From: an uncultured delta proteobacterium
Lineage (GTDB): Bacteria > Desulfobacterota > Binatia > UBA9968
Direction: 5' to 3'
DNA: 18,291 bases
NCBI GenBank assembly: GCA_963737905.1
Contig: CAVTUQ010000006.1
Span: 1-18,291, forward strand
A program made the translations under genes and the position numbers. Shown here in pieces: positions 1 to 7,919 of the stretch; position 1 is the first letter of the stretch, and the number at the start of each line of letters is the position of its first letter. The notes below the pieces were generated by a model. The model ran no database searches. It saw nothing but the letters and a program-made list of their open reading frames with translations, and was not told the DNA's origin.

Positions 1-1139
1 TCCGGTACCCCAACGCGTCCTGGGCGATGATCATTTTCTGGATGTTCGACGAGCCTTCGACGATCTGGTAGGACTTGGCGTCTCTGTAGTAGCGCTCCAC
101 CGGAAATTCCGTAGAGTAACCGTAGGCGCCGAGGATTTTCATCGCCGCGTCCGTGGCGTGGGCGGCGGCTTCCGCTGCGGTATACTTCCCTATGGACGTC
201 TCGAGATTGTTCGGTTTGCCCTGATCGGCAAGCCACGCGGCGCGGTAGACCAGCAGGCGCGCCGCTTCTTCTTGCACGACCATGTGCGCGATCAGCTCTT
301 GGTTCATCTGGTACTGGCCGATCTTCTGTCCGAACTGCTCCCGCTGGTTGCAATAGTTCACCGCCGCTTCGCGGGCGGCGCGCGCAACCCCAAGCGCTCC
401 GGCAGCGCAATTGAGGCGCGTCTGGTTGAGCTGCCACATGCAGACTTTGAAACCGTCCCCTTCTTTGCCGAGCAAGGTTATCGGACGATAGCTGGAAATT
501 CTCGAAGGTCAACTCACCGATGGGGGAGGCGTGAGCGCCCATCGTTTCCAGTGCGCGGCGAGTCAAACCGGGCTGATCGAACGTAGCGTAGAAGGCCGAT
601 AGGCCACGGTGCTTTTGACTCTTGTCCGTATAGGCATAAACCAAGCCGCCGTCTGCCACCGGCGCATTGGAAATCCAAAGTTTGGTTCCGTTGATCACGT
701 AGCCGCTATTCTTGCGCGTGGCGATTGTTCTGATCGCCGATACATCCGAACCGGCGTCCGGCTCAGTGATGGCAAAACAGCCGACGGATTCGCCCCGAAT
801 CAGCGGCGGAATCCATTTTTTCTTTTGCTCTTCATTGCCGAACTGTAAAAGCGCCAGCGCCGGACCGATTTGCATATTGATCGCCACACGCACCGCGCTG
901 TGAATGCGGGCAACCTCCTCCGTGATCAAGACCATCGCTAGATAGCCGAGACCGTTGCCGCCGTAGTTTTCCGGAATGACGCTGCCGAAGAATCCCAGTT
1001 CACCCATCTTGAGCAGCAACTCTTTGCGGAACTTATGCTCCTTGTCATCCTTCGCCGCCGTCGGTGCGATCTCCTTCTCGGCGAACTCACGCGCCAGGTC
1101 GCGAACCGCGATCAATTCTTCCGACAGCTCAAAATCCAT
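1..1139 (-). CDS. acd: Glutaryl-CoA dehydrogenase, non-decarboxylating type (acyl-CoA dehydrogenase family); +1 frameshift near 476; 3' end runs off the window
   Basis: Not in the ORF track; translated by hand. ATG at 1139 with GGAGG RBS. It reads MDFELSEELIAVRDLAREFAEKEIAP...EEVARIHSAVRVAINMQ...FAITEPDAGSD...YAYTDKSQKHRGLSAF...GAHASPIGELTFENFQLSSDN. After one extra base at ~476 it continues in another frame as LLGKEGDGFKVCMWQLNQTRLNCAAGALG...QMNQELIA...ILGAYGYSTEFPVERYYRDAKSYQIVEGSSNIQKMIIAQDALGYR. These motifs match the Desulfococcus multivorans-type enzyme as I recall it. Confidence 0.85.
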   Translation of the reverse strand, partial: MDFELSEELIAVRDLAREFAEKEIAPTAAKDDKEHKFRKELLLKMGELGFFGSVIPENYGGNGLGYLAMVLITEEVARIHSAVRVAINMQIGPALALLQFGNEEQKKKWIPPLIRGESVGCFAITEPDAGSDVSAIRTIATRKNSGYVINGTKLWISNAPVADGGLVYAYTDKSQKHRGLSAFYATFDQPGLTRRALETMGAHASPIGELTFENFQLSSDNLARQRRGRFQSLHVAAQPDAPQLRCRSAWGCARRPRSGGELLQPAGAVRTEDRPVPDEPRADRAHGRARRSGAPAGLPRRVACRSGQTEQSRDVHREVYRSGSRRPRHGRGDENPRRLRLLYGISGGALLQRRQVLPDRRRLVEHPENDHRPGRVGVP

Positions 1140-1152
1140 TTTGCCTCCCAAA

Positions 1153-2415
1153 TTAGATCCGCTTGATCGACGCTTTGAACGGTTTGAACAGCTTGAACGT
1201 CTGGAACCGAAGACCCGGGGAGTTCAAGTCGTTCAAATCGTTCACAAAGTTCAAGCCGTTACCTGCCACTAAATAGCTATTTAGTAGCTCCCGGGCGATC
1301 ACGAGCTTCTGAATTTCCGACGTGCCCTCATAGATCCTCAAAGCACGCACATCCCGATAGAGCCGTTCCATGATGCTGCCGGCCACCAGGCCCATCCCGC
1401 CATGAATCTGCAACGCCTGGTCGATGATTCTTTGCGCGGCCTCCGTCGCAAATAGTTTGGCCATAGAAGATCTTCGCTTCAAATCGGCAACCGCGTTGTC
1501 GGCCGTCCAAGCCGCTTGATAGACCAACAAACGGGCCGCTTCCAGCTCCGTCGCCATATCCGCCAGCTTGAACTGGATCCCTTGAAACTCGGTCAACGGC
1601 CGATCAAACTGACGACGCCGGCGGCAATAATCGACAGCTTCTTCCAACCCTCGCTGAGCCAATCCCACGGCCGCTGCCCCCACCGTGCAGCGCAGGACGT
1701 CCAACGTGCCGAACGCAATCTTTAGACCCTCGTCTTCGTTCCCCAGCAATGAGTTCTCGGGAATAACACACTCTTCAAAGGCGATGACTCCGATGGGATG
1801 AGGGGATATTAACCGAGTCCGCTCTTTGACGATCAACCCAGGGGTATGGGCATCAATTACGAACGCGCTGATTCCCTGACCTTTTTTCTCAGGCGCGGTT
1901 GAAGCGAAGACAACGTAGCTATCGGCAATCCCGGCATTGGAAATAAACCACTTCGTTCCCGTAAGACAATAATCTTTTCCTCGCCGCGCGGCTCGGGTTT
2001 GTAGCGCGGAAACGTCCGAGCCGGCTTCAGGTTCGGTGAGCGCAAAGGCGGCGATGGCCGTTCCCCTGGCAATGGGCGGAAGGTAACGTTCCTTCTGCTC
2101 CTCTGATCCAAAACGCATGATGGGATAACCGCCCAAGGCCTGTATCGCGAACATCGCGTCGGCGAGCGCCGAGCCGCGCGCCAGCTCCTCTCGAATGACG
2201 CAAAGGTCGCGCGCTTCAACCTTCTCCCTTGCTCCACCGAATCTCTGCGGCACCGTATGGGCCAAAAAACTCGCGCTGCCGAGCTGCCGCACAAGCTCGC
2301 GCGCCTCTTCGTCCACATCCTGTGTTTCGTCGGTGCGGCAAAACAAATTGCTCTCCGCCCACTCACGAATCCGAGAGCGAAGAGAAATGTGATCGTCATC
2401 GAGAAAGGGTAACAT
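1153..2415 (-). CDS. Acyl-CoA dehydrogenase (AbmD-like), 420 aa, with a 42-aa repeat-derived C-terminal tail
   Basis: FALTEPEAGSD, GTKWFISN, QFKLADM, QIHGGMG and RIYEGTSEIQKLVIA motifs. ATG at 2415 (MLPFLDDDH) lies 13 nt past the upstream stop and avoids the overlap made by the 2466 start. Confidence 0.92.
   Translation of the reverse strand: MLPFLDDDHISLRSRIREWAESNLFCRTDETQDVDEEARELVRQLGSASFLAHTVPQRFGGAREKVEARDLCVIREELARGSALADAMFAIQALGGYPIMRFGSEEQKERYLPPIARGTAIAAFALTEPEAGSDVSALQTRAARRGKDYCLTGTKWFISNAGIADSYVVFASTAPEKKGQGISAFVIDAHTPGLIVKERTRLISPHPIGVIAFEECVIPENSLLGNEDEGLKIAFGTLDVLRCTVGAAAVGLAQRGLEEAVDYCRRRRQFDRPLTEFQGIQFKLADMATELEAARLLVYQAAWTADNAVADLKRRSSMAKLFATEAAQRIIDQALQIHGGMGLVAGSIMERLYRDVRALRIYEGTSEIQKLVIARELLNSYLVAGNGLNFVNDLNDLNSPGLRFQTFKLFKPFKASIKRI
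1175..1263. repeat. Palindromic 9-bp-period repeat element (TTGAAC arm facing a GTTCAA arm)
   Basis: TTGAAC at 1175, 1184 and 1193, TGGAAC at 1202; GTTCAA at 1222, 1231 and 1249, GTTCAC at 1240, GTTACC at 1258. The cores of the two arms are reverse complements. Confidence 0.85.
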
Positions 2416-2428
2416 CCGGTTTCGAGAA

Positions 2429-3223
2429 CTAAGACCGGTTAAAAGCCGGCGCTCGCTTCTCCACAAAGGCTCTGTAACCTTCTCTGAAATCCGCGCCTTC
2501 CATGCAGGTGGCTTGCGCCGTCGCTTCCAAGGTCAACGCCGCTTCCAACTTCATTTGCGCTTCCCGCTCCAACAGTTCCTTCGTAACGCCCAACGCGTGC
2601 AGCGGTTGTTGCTTCAACCGGCATGCCAGTTCCTGAGCTTCGCGCATGAGATTTTCGTGTTCGACGACCCGATTCGCCAAGCCAATCCGGTAAGCCTCCT
2701 GAGCATCGATGGTATCGCCCAGGAATAATAACTCCGTCGCTTTTCCCAGACCCACCAGCCGAGGCAATAGATACAACGCCCCCATGTCGGCTCCGGAAAG
2801 CCCGACCTTGACGAACAAAAAAGCAAACTTCGCTCGGTCCGACACCAATCGAAAATCGCTCGCCAGCGCCAGCATCGCGCCGGCGCCAGCCGCGATTCCA
2901 TTGACCGCCGCGATAATTGGCTTTTTCAAATTTCGCATGTTCCGGGTGACATTGCAGGTCATGCGTGTGAATCGATTGCGATCGTCGGCGCTCATCTCGA
3001 TCAGCTTACCAATAATATCGTGCACGCTCCCGCCTGAGCAAAAACCTTTGCCTGTACCGGTCAGCACCAGGACTTTGATCGAGTTATCCTCCGCCAACTC
3101 TTTGAACAGCCGTTCCAGCTCTTCGTAAGTCCGAAACGTCAGGGCATTGAGCCTGTCGGGATCGTTCAAGCGAATCGTCGCGATTCCGTCGTCAACTTCG
3201 TAGATAAAACTTTGATAAGCCAT
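2429..3223 (-). CDS. Enoyl-CoA hydratase/isomerase (crotonase) family, AbmC-like, 264 aa
   Basis: RLNALTF, GFCSGG, KPIIAAVNGIAAGAG, FVKVGLSGADMGA and DFREGYRAFVEKRAP motifs. ATG at 3223 with AAGGGA RBS. Confidence 0.93.
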   Translation of the reverse strand: MAYQSFIYEVDDGIATIRLNDPDRLNALTFRTYEELERLFKELAEDNSIKVLVLTGTGKGFCSGGSVHDIIGKLIEMSADDRNRFTRMTCNVTRNMRNLKKPIIAAVNGIAAGAGAMLALASDFRLVSDRAKFAFLFVKVGLSGADMGALYLLPRLVGLGKATELLFLGDTIDAQEAYRIGLANRVVEHENLMREAQELACRLKQQPLHALGVTKELLEREAQMKLEAALTLEATAQATCMEGADFREGYRAFVEKRAPAFNRS

Positions 3224-3319
3224 AACGTAGTCCCTTACGTGCAATGAAGTATTGGAGCTTCATTCATCGCTCCTAACGTAACTCCAATATGAATCCGAAT
3301 ACGCATCACGATAGCTTCT

Positions 3320-4099
3320 TCACGCCATCACCGCCCCGCCATCCACATTGATCGCTTGCCCGGTAATCCCGCCAGCCTTCTCCGATGCCAGCATCAGCGC
3401 CAACCCGGCTACTTCCTCTGGAGCGATGAGTCGCTTTTGCGGCGAGCTCTCGGCGAACAATCGCAGAATGTCGTCGAGCTTTTTGCCGGTCTTTTCAGCC
3501 ATTCGCCGAGCATTCTCGCGCGTCAACTCCGTGTCCACATAACCTGGACAAATGGCGTTGACCGTCACTCTCAACTTGGCGGTCTCCAGGGCCAGCGAAC
3601 GCGTCAAGCCCAAGACGCCGTGCTTGGAGGTTGTATACGCCGAGACATGGGAGGTGGCAACTTTTGCTGTCGTGGATGCGATGTTGATGATCCGCCCCCA
3701 ACCCGATCGGATCATGCCAGGGAGAAACGTCTTGCAGCAATTGTAGGTACCCGTCAGGTTCACTCCGAGAACATCGTCCCAGATGGGATCTGCCATTTCG
3801 AGAAAGCTTGCCGCCGGAGCGATGCCGGCGCTGTTGATCAAAATCTGCACCGATCCGACCCGCTCGGCGATCATGGCGCCAAGTGCGGCGACCTGTTTTC
3901 GGTCCGCAACATCGCAGCCGAGCGCCAGCGCTTGACCGCCGCCACTCTTGAGCCGCTGCGCCAATGATCGAAGCTTGTCCTCGTTGCGCGAGGAAACTAC
4001 GACAACAGCGCCGGCCCGGGCAAATTCCACCGCGAGGGGTTGTCCAATACCTCCGCTGGCGCCGGTGATCAACACGTTCTTATCTCGAAGCCCCGACAC
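3320..4099 (-). CDS. Short-chain dehydrogenase/reductase (3-hydroxyacyl-CoA/3-hydroxybutyrate dehydrogenase-like, AbmB-like)
   Basis: TGASGGIG Rossmann motif, NSAG, catalytic YTTSK, VNAICPGYVDT, ITGQAINVDGG. GTG at 4099 is preferred; ATG at 4117 is possible. Confidence 0.92.
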   Translation of the reverse strand: MSGLRDKNVLITGASGGIGQPLAVEFARAGAVVVVSSRNEDKLRSLAQRLKSGGGQALALGCDVADRKQVAALGAMIAERVGSVQILINSAGIAPAASFLEMADPIWDDVLGVNLTGTYNCCKTFLPGMIRSGWGRIINIASTTAKVATSHVSAYTTSKHGVLGLTRSLALETAKLRVTVNAICPGYVDTELTRENARRMAEKTGKKLDDILRLFAESSPQKRLIAPEEVAGLALMLASEKAGGITGQAINVDGGAVMA

Positions 4100-4241
4100 T
4101 CTCAAAAGATAACACATCCGTTGGGTAAGTGCGCAAATGAGGAACTGTCAAAACTGCAAAAGGCACCGCTGAAGTTGACCGCTTGTCTTTGCTTCATCTT
4201 TTCGATAAAGGGCAGGCAGATTTCGGAAACGGAGACCGACA

Positions 4242-5330
4242 ATGGATCGCAAACTGGGACCTCTCTTCTTTGGCTTTGTTCTCGTTCTTCTATTACCAAC
4301 GGCCGTGCCGGCCAACGAGCTTATAACGCCACCCTCGGCGATCTGGCGTGATGCCTTGCAAAGCGATACCGAGTCCGAGCTCGACCGCGTGAGCCGTGCC
4401 TATGTCCAGCTCGCCAATGACACGCGTCCGGCGATCGTCCAGATCCGGGTCCTCTCCCAGACCGACGCCAAGGCGGGCGTTAAAGCCCAGCAGCCCCAAG
4501 GAAGTCGGGGTTCTGGATTCATCATCCATCCCGATGGGTACATTCTCACGGCGCAACACGTCGTCGATAAAGCAAAAGAGATCGAGGTTCGGCTTGCGAA
4601 TCTCCAGCGGGTGCCGGCGAAGCTTATCGCGGCCGATACCCAGGTAGACCTGGCGTTGCTTAAAATCGACACGGAGCATGAGCTTCCGGTAGTGCCATTG
4701 GGCGATTCCGACAACATTAAAGTCGGAGAACTGGCGGTCGTTTTCGGATATCCCTTCGGTCGGGAGAGCTCCATGAGTTTGGGAATTATCAGCCGTCCCG
4801 GCCGCACCTATCAAGATTCGGCCGGCTACGAACTGATACAAACCGATGCCGGCGCTTATGCCGGCGGCAGTGGTGGTCCGTTATTGAACACGAAAGGTCA
4901 CGTCATCGGCATGATCACCATGGCGTCGGAGCGAGGCAGCATGGGTTTTGCAACCCCAATTAACGTTATTAAACGCATGGTTCCTCGGCTGATGACGGGA
5001 CAGAAGCTCGTTTGGGGTTGGCTGGGATTGCAGATGGCGGAAGTTTCTTTGGATCAAGCGAGGAGCTTTGGTCTCTGGCCCGTGAAGGGAGTGCTCGTCA
5101 ATTCAGTTTCCCCGGGTCAATCGGCCGAGCGCAGCGGCGTGCGATCACAAGATATTATCCTGTTGGTAAACGATACGCAGGTCGATAGCCCAAGAGACGT
5201 GCTGCGGATGATCGGCGGGCTGGAAGCCGGCAGGGTGGTAAAGCTAACGATTCTTCGCAAAGGACAAACCTTGCAACTCTCGGTGCCTCTCGGAAAGAAG
5301 CCTGAGTCGCAAAAGGAGATCGAGGGCTAA
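4242..5330 (+). CDS. HtrA/DegP-family exported trypsin-like serine protease with one PDZ domain
   Basis: Hydrophobic signal peptide, GSGFII, triad His (LTAQHVV), Asp (DLALLKI) and Ser (GGSGGPLLN), PDZ starting at GWLGLQM. GGAGA RBS. Confidence 0.93.
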   Translation: MDRKLGPLFFGFVLVLLLPTAVPANELITPPSAIWRDALQSDTESELDRVSRAYVQLANDTRPAIVQIRVLSQTDAKAGVKAQQPQGSRGSGFIIHPDGYILTAQHVVDKAKEIEVRLANLQRVPAKLIAADTQVDLALLKIDTEHELPVVPLGDSDNIKVGELAVVFGYPFGRESSMSLGIISRPGRTYQDSAGYELIQTDAGAYAGGSGGPLLNTKGHVIGMITMASERGSMGFATPINVIKRMVPRLMTGQKLVWGWLGLQMAEVSLDQARSFGLWPVKGVLVNSVSPGQSAERSGVRSQDIILLVNDTQVDSPRDVLRMIGGLEAGRVVKLTILRKGQTLQLSVPLGKKPESQKEIEG

Positions 5331-7795
5331 TCCTCCTCGGATTTTTCTTTCCCCGCCTCGCTGCGGTTCGCAGTCGGAGCAATCTGCCGTAGCTGCTCAG
5401 AGAATTGCCGCAACTTCTTTTCTACACGGCCGTTGATGGATCCCTCGGGGTAATGACCGTCAGGGTCGCGCTCCCCTGCAGAAACTCCCGTGAGAACCTC
5501 TATACCTTCGTCGATGCTGTGCACCGCATAGACGTGGAACTTCCCGTCTTTAACGGCCTGGACAACATCGGACCGCAGCATTAAATTGCGCACATTGGAC
5601 TTCGGCATCAATACCCCTTGGTTTCCCGTAAGCGCCTGCTTGAGCCGGCAGACGTCATAGAAACCTTCGATCTTCTCGTTGATACCGCCGATGGCTTGGA
5701 TCTCGCCGTTTTGATTGACCGAGCCGGTAACGGCGAGATCCTGCCGAATAGGAACTTCCGAAAGGCTCGAAAGAATAGCGTACAGTTCCGTAGACGAGGC
5801 GCTGTCGCCATCCACGCCATCGTAAGACTGTTCAAAGCAAATACTGGCGGAGAGGGACAACGGCCGCTCTTGCGCGTATTTGGCGCCGAGATACCCGCTC
5901 AGGATTAGTACCCCTTTGTCATGGGTCTTGCCGCTGAGTTTCGACTCCCGCTCAATGTTCACGATTCCCCCCCGGCCCATGAATGTCTTGGCGGTGATCC
6001 GTGATGGCTTGCCAAAACTGAAATCGCCCATCTGATAAACCGCCAAGCCGTTGACCTGACCCAACACAGCCCCCTCGACATCCACGAGAATGATGCCGTC
6101 GGCAATCAGCTCCTGTAGGCGCTTCTCGATGAGGTTCAACCGAAACGTCTTCTCGACGATGGCCCGCTCGACATGCTTTGCGGACACCAGCTCGGCATTC
6201 TCCTTCCCGGCCCAATAGTCGGATTCAATCAATAAGTCCGCCACATCGCTGAAACGGGTCGAAAGTTTGTCCTGATCCTCCACCGCTCTAGCACATTGCT
6301 CGATGACCCTCGCTACCCCGCTGGGATCAAAATGCCGAAGTTTTTCCCGCTTGCAGTAATCGCTGATGAAACAGGCAAAGGCAACGATATTTTCTTCTGA
6401 TCGGTCGATCCGAAAGTCGAAGTCCGCTTTGACCTTGAACGTCTCACGGAAGTCCGGGTCCACGGTTGCCAGCGTGCGATAAAGATAAGGATCGCCTATC
6501 ATAATCACTTTGGTATCGGTGGGGATGGGCTCCGGCCTGAGCCCCTGGGGCGGCATCCAGCCGAAAAACGCGGCGGGCTCTTCGATCCTTAGCTCGCGGT
6601 TCTTTATCACTCTCTGCAGGGCTTCCCAAACGCCGGCGTTAGCCAAAACATCGCGATCGTAGAGTACAAGATAGCCGCCGTTGGCCCGGCTGATGGAGCC
6701 GGCTTTGATTAAGGTGAAATCGGTTACGTAGCCACCGACAACGGGTTTTTTTTCAACGACGCCGAAGAGATTGTGATAGCTGGGATTGGTTTCCACGATG
6801 ATCGGCGGCCCAAATGTTTCACTGTTGTCCACGAAGACATTCACTCGGTAAGGCAAAAAGGGATCCGTGGACGGCTCGCCCAGCGGCATCGGCATCATCT
6901 GACCCACAACCGGGCTGAGCTCAGTTCCCTTGAAGCGGTTCAAGTTCTTCAGAATATGATCCCGCACGCCGTCCAGATAGGTTGAGAGTTTCGGATGATC
7001 GGCATACTTCTCTCGGAGCTCGGCAAGCGGGAGCCGCACCAAGTATTCCCCTGCTTGCGTTTCAACGGCTGCCAATTTTTCCGTGATTTCACGCTCCAGC
7101 TTTTTTCCCTCCCGAAGCGTGACCTCGACCTTTTCCTCGATCTCGACCCGCTTGTCCTCGAGTTTTCTCTTCTCCTCGGTTGATAAAGCCAGATAATCGG
7201 CCTCCTGCATCGGTTTGCCATCCTTGGTGGGGAGCAACGCCATTCCAGATGGCGCCATTCTTAAGGTGAAGCCGTTTCTGCCCGCCTCTTCCATCAGACC
7301 TTGCATCATTTCCTGCTGTTTTTTTTGCAGTTCCTCAATCATCCCCTGTCGCTGGCGGGCAAATTCGTCGCTTTCGAACATCTTCTTGGCCTCGCGCTGA
7401 AGATTTTGGACGAGTTCCTCCATGTCCGCCTTCAGCCTCTTGCCCCATCCGCGGCGGATCTTAAGTACTTGAGGCCGATCCGGATCATTGAAATTGTAGA
7501 CGTAGCACCAGTCCTCGGGGAAAGGAGAATCGGTCTCCGCCGGAAATCCCGCGGCGGTGATCTTTTTTAGAAAGGCTTTGATGATGCTGGTTTTACCTGT
7601 CCCGGTAAGTCCAGTAACGAAGATATTGAATCCCGGTTTGTCCACCTCCAGTCCAAACTGTATGGCGCGCATCGCCCGCTCTTGGCCAATGAAATCTTCT
7701 AACGGGGTCATGTCAGCCGTACAGGTGAAGGGAAGAAACGACAGATCGCAGCGCCACGCCAGTTTGTCTGCGGGAACGTCAAAGTTGCTCGCCAT
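5327..7795 (-). CDS. Lon-family protease of the LonC / AAA_32 type, 822 aa
   Basis: FIGQERA, Walker A GLTGTGKT, long coiled-coil insertion, ANGGYLVL, and a C-terminal Ser-Lys protease domain (VDGDSASSTE, IGGINEKIEGF). ATG at 7795 after GAGG. Stop overlaps the convergent htrA-like stop by 4 bp. Confidence 0.93.
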   Translation of the reverse strand: MASNFDVPADKLAWRCDLSFLPFTCTADMTPLEDFIGQERAMRAIQFGLEVDKPGFNIFVTGLTGTGKTSIIKAFLKKITAAGFPAETDSPFPEDWCYVYNFNDPDRPQVLKIRRGWGKRLKADMEELVQNLQREAKKMFESDEFARQRQGMIEELQKKQQEMMQGLMEEAGRNGFTLRMAPSGMALLPTKDGKPMQEADYLALSTEEKRKLEDKRVEIEEKVEVTLREGKKLEREITEKLAAVETQAGEYLVRLPLAELREKYADHPKLSTYLDGVRDHILKNLNRFKGTELSPVVGQMMPMPLGEPSTDPFLPYRVNVFVDNSETFGPPIIVETNPSYHNLFGVVEKKPVVGGYVTDFTLIKAGSISRANGGYLVLYDRDVLANAGVWEALQRVIKNRELRIEEPAAFFGWMPPQGLRPEPIPTDTKVIMIGDPYLYRTLATVDPDFRETFKVKADFDFRIDRSEENIVAFACFISDYCKREKLRHFDPSGVARVIEQCARAVEDQDKLSTRFSDVADLLIESDYWAGKENAELVSAKHVERAIVEKTFRLNLIEKRLQELIADGIILVDVEGAVLGQVNGLAVYQMGDFSFGKPSRITAKTFMGRGGIVNIERESKLSGKTHDKGVLILSGYLGAKYAQERPLSLSASICFEQSYDGVDGDSASSTELYAILSSLSEVPIRQDLAVTGSVNQNGEIQAIGGINEKIEGFYDVCRLKQALTGNQGVLMPKSNVRNLMLRSDVVQAVKDGKFHVYAVHSIDEGIEVLTGVSAGERDPDGHYPEGSINGRVEKKLRQFSEQLRQIAPTANRSEAGKEKSEED

Positions 7796-7827
7796 AAAAC
7801 CCACCTCGAGATGTTTAGTGACTTCAA

Positions 7828-7856
7828 AGAATAAGAGCTTGACAATCGGTCGTCAA
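7828..7856 (-). promoter_or_regulatory. Sigma70-type promoter for the Lon gene with an overlapping TTGAC-N8-GTCAA inverted repeat
   Basis: Minus strand TTGACG (7856-7851), 17-nt spacer, TATTCT (7833-7828). Inverted repeat at 7839-7856. Confidence 0.55.
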
Positions 7857-7884
7857 CGGCTGGGGTCTATAGATTCTCGCGCTA

Positions 7885-7913
7885 TTGAACCCCCTCCGAC
7901 CACTCACTATAAT
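7885..7913 (+). promoter_or_regulatory. Sigma70-type promoter for the M48 peptidase gene
   Basis: TTGAAC (7885-7890), 17-nt spacer, TATAAT (7908-7913), ending 6 nt before the ATG at 7920. Confidence 0.7.
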
Positions 7914-7919
7914 CCATAA

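Noticed and set aside
158-903. Plus-strand ORFs of 142, 79 and 63 aa
   Set aside because: Antisense shadows of the glutaryl-CoA dehydrogenase gene.
1175-1263. Repeat array as a possible CRISPR or iteron array
   Set aside because: Units are 9 bp with 3-nt variable parts and inverted arms. There are no spacer-length unique sequences and no cas or rep gene.
976-1272. Plus-strand 98-aa ORF with periodic RFERFEQLERLE / VQVVQIVHKVQ
   Set aside because: It is antisense to two real dehydrogenase genes, and the periodicity is only the DNA repeat read in another frame.
7839-7870. Perfect TTGACA as a plus-strand -35
   Set aside because: No -10 box at 16-18 bp. It is better explained as one arm of the inverted repeat over the minus-strand promoter.
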